From Prochlorococcus sp. AG-459-N19 (lineage in GTDB: Bacteria > Cyanobacteriota > Cyanobacteriia > PCC-6307 > Cyanobiaceae), in contig QCRF01000005.1 in the NCBI GenBank assembly GCA_003209375.1, positions 5,601 to 69,600 of the forward strand: a DNA stretch of 64,000 bases, given 5' to 3'. Under the pieces are notes generated by a model. That model made no database searches and was not told the DNA's origin. It saw nothing but the letters and a program-made list of their open reading frames with translations. The translations under genes and the position numbers were made by a program. Shown here piece by piece: positions 62,415 to 64,000 of the stretch. Every line of letters begins with the position of its first letter. Within the stretch, counting starts at the first letter, position 1.

Positions 62415-63854
62415 TTAGATTTTAAACATATCTAGATCGTTATACTCATTTCTTAGAAAATGATTCATCAATAAAAAACCAACAATTGTCCATGTTTGAT
62501 ATGTTCTTGATTGTTGCCCAACCCAAGTACCTGTAGGACCATCAAAATATTCCGCCCATTCTTGTTTAGGCAATTGATTAAGTTGACACCAATATGATTC
62601 CTCTACTAAAGATTTCATTTCTTCCATGAGAATCACATCATCAGAACCATATTTTTTTTGATGTAATAGAACTGCTGCACCAAAAAACCATAGTAAACTT
62701 GGCCAATGACCACCATTATGGTAACTCCAAGGCCAATTCTTCGGGTCCGATCCAGTTTTATTTTGCCATTCTTCGACGTCCATATGAGGATGACAAATTC
62801 TCATAGGCATTTGAGCCATCAAATGCTGTCTGTTATGTAAAACTAATCTAAATAAAGCTCTTTGTTCTTCAGGAGGCAGAACTCCGAACATACACGCTAA
62901 AGAATTACCTAAACTGTAAAATCGAAAATCAGGCCTTCCTGTCCTAATATTTCCTATTAAGTAGCCACCTCTATTCTCTAACCAATCTTGTAGCCATGAG
63001 GGTACTACTTGAGGTTGAACATTAAATTCATTAAAGTGTTGATCATCTCCATATTGCTCAGTTGGTCTTCTTCTTAAAATTTGCATTGTTTGGCTTGTAA
63101 CCCAATAATGTTTTAAAAGAAAACTTCCTAAATCCTTAACCCATTGATTTGTAAGAATGAGCCTTTGATCTAAAAGCCTACTAACATGATCTGCTCTACT
63201 TAATTCCATCAAGTTTATACAACTTTTTAAACATCCATGCAGTAAAACTTCAACTTCAAGAGGTGCTCCCCATACGTCCATAGGTCTATCAATCATAAAT
63301 GCGCAATCGGGAACAAAAAGTACTGGAGTACCCTCAAATGTTGGATGTAAAACTAGATCTAGTAGAAGTTGAATACCTCTTTGAACGCTTTGACTTTTCC
63401 CAAAGGCATAATCGCCACTTTTATTGACATAATACCAACATAAAATTGGCCACCATAAACTTGCATCAGCTGAAGTAATCCTTCCTATTGATCTCTGACC
63501 ATAATCTCCAATAAGCTTTCCGTTTTCTTCAACGAAACTAGTAGGAAATACACCACGTGTTTGATAATTAGTACTTTGTAATTCGAGGCATACACTTAGG
63601 AACTTTTTGACAATTTCGTAACGTTTTTGGGTAATGAGATAAATCATCACAGGAACGTTGTCTCTTAAAAATATTTCTCCATAATTTAACTTTTTATTTT
63701 TTGTTGGATGTTCAAGTGCGGCAACACTGCCAACTAGTTCCCCTGATATCTCAACTAAAGTTTTTTCGAAGTGTTTTTTCGCATTTGTTACAATTTTTTC
63801 TTCATCGGAACTTGGCCTAACTCTTAAATTTTTTTGACTAAATCTTTCTGCCAT
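62415..63854 (-). CDS. Alkaline/neutral invertase (GH100)
   Basis: LNYGEIFLRD, D.GQRSIGR, MIDRPMDV.G.PLE, PWSYHNGGHWP, WAEYFDG. Confidence 0.93.
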   Translation of the reverse strand: MAERFSQKNLRVRPSSDEEKIVTNAKKHFEKTLVEISGELVGSVAALEHPTKNKKLNYGEIFLRDNVPVMIYLITQKRYEIVKKFLSVCLELQSTNYQTRGVFPTSFVEENGKLIGDYGQRSIGRITSADASLWWPILCWYYVNKSGDYAFGKSQSVQRGIQLLLDLVLHPTFEGTPVLFVPDCAFMIDRPMDVWGAPLEVEVLLHGCLKSCINLMELSRADHVSRLLDQRLILTNQWVKDLGSFLLKHYWVTSQTMQILRRRPTEQYGDDQHFNEFNVQPQVVPSWLQDWLENRGGYLIGNIRTGRPDFRFYSLGNSLACMFGVLPPEEQRALFRLVLHNRQHLMAQMPMRICHPHMDVEEWQNKTGSDPKNWPWSYHNGGHWPSLLWFFGAAVLLHQKKYGSDDVILMEEMKSLVEESYWCQLNQLPKQEWAEYFDGPTGTWVGQQSRTYQTWTIVGFLLMNHFLRNEYNDLDMFKI

Positions 63855-63940
63855 TTCATTTATATCCTTTTATTTAAGCCTAGTTGTTTAAAGAGACTTT
63901 GATCAAATAAAAAATTAATAAAAATTTTTTGTATAAAAGG

Positions 63941-63970
63941 TTGCACAATTACTGTCGAATGGTTTAGTAT
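63941..63970 (+). promoter_or_regulatory. Candidate sigma70 promoter reading out of the window
   Basis: TTGCAC-N18-TAGTAT with AT-rich upstream tract. From recalled synteny the rRNA operon may follow, but this is not visible here. Confidence 0.4.
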
Positions 63971-64000
63971 TTTCTTCTGGGCAGAAAATTACTTTTTGCA

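Noticed and set aside
1-64000. CRISPR array, IS element, integrase, prophage or defence island
   Set aside because: No repeat-spacer pattern, transposase or integrase motifs, or phage genes seen; content is housekeeping and photosynthesis genes.

Overview
AT-rich (roughly 30% GC by eye), densely packed core-genome segment of a high-light-type Prochlorococcus. The basis for that call is a lone degenerate cpeB with cpeS, psbEFLJ/psbB/psbT/psbM/psbK, petBD, ndhCKJ, amt1 and minCDE. It runs from a truncated glyA to a neutral invertase and holds about 60 CDS, four tRNA genes (Arg-ACG, a CAT tRNA that looks like Ile2, Phe-GAA, Thr-TGT), a canonical NtcA promoter at amt1 and several terminators. I see no CRISPR array, IS, integrase, prophage or defence island, and no clearly new multi-gene system. 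The best leads are: (1) a TM0106-family protein with an intact Fe-S staple and DEDD exonuclease domain but a degenerate Cas4/RecB-type catalytic motif; (2) a flavoprotein-SelD fusion set head-to-head with mtnP across 10 bp; (3) a structured RNA element upstream of the DUF3155 gene; (4) a two-hairpin rps1 leader; (5) two small ORFs missing from the ORF track (59 aa coupled to cpeS, 55 aa coupled to tsaC); (6) single-base +1 frameshifts in nrdR and tsaC that are most likely sequencing errors. All family assignments come from motif recognition and recall, not from database searches.
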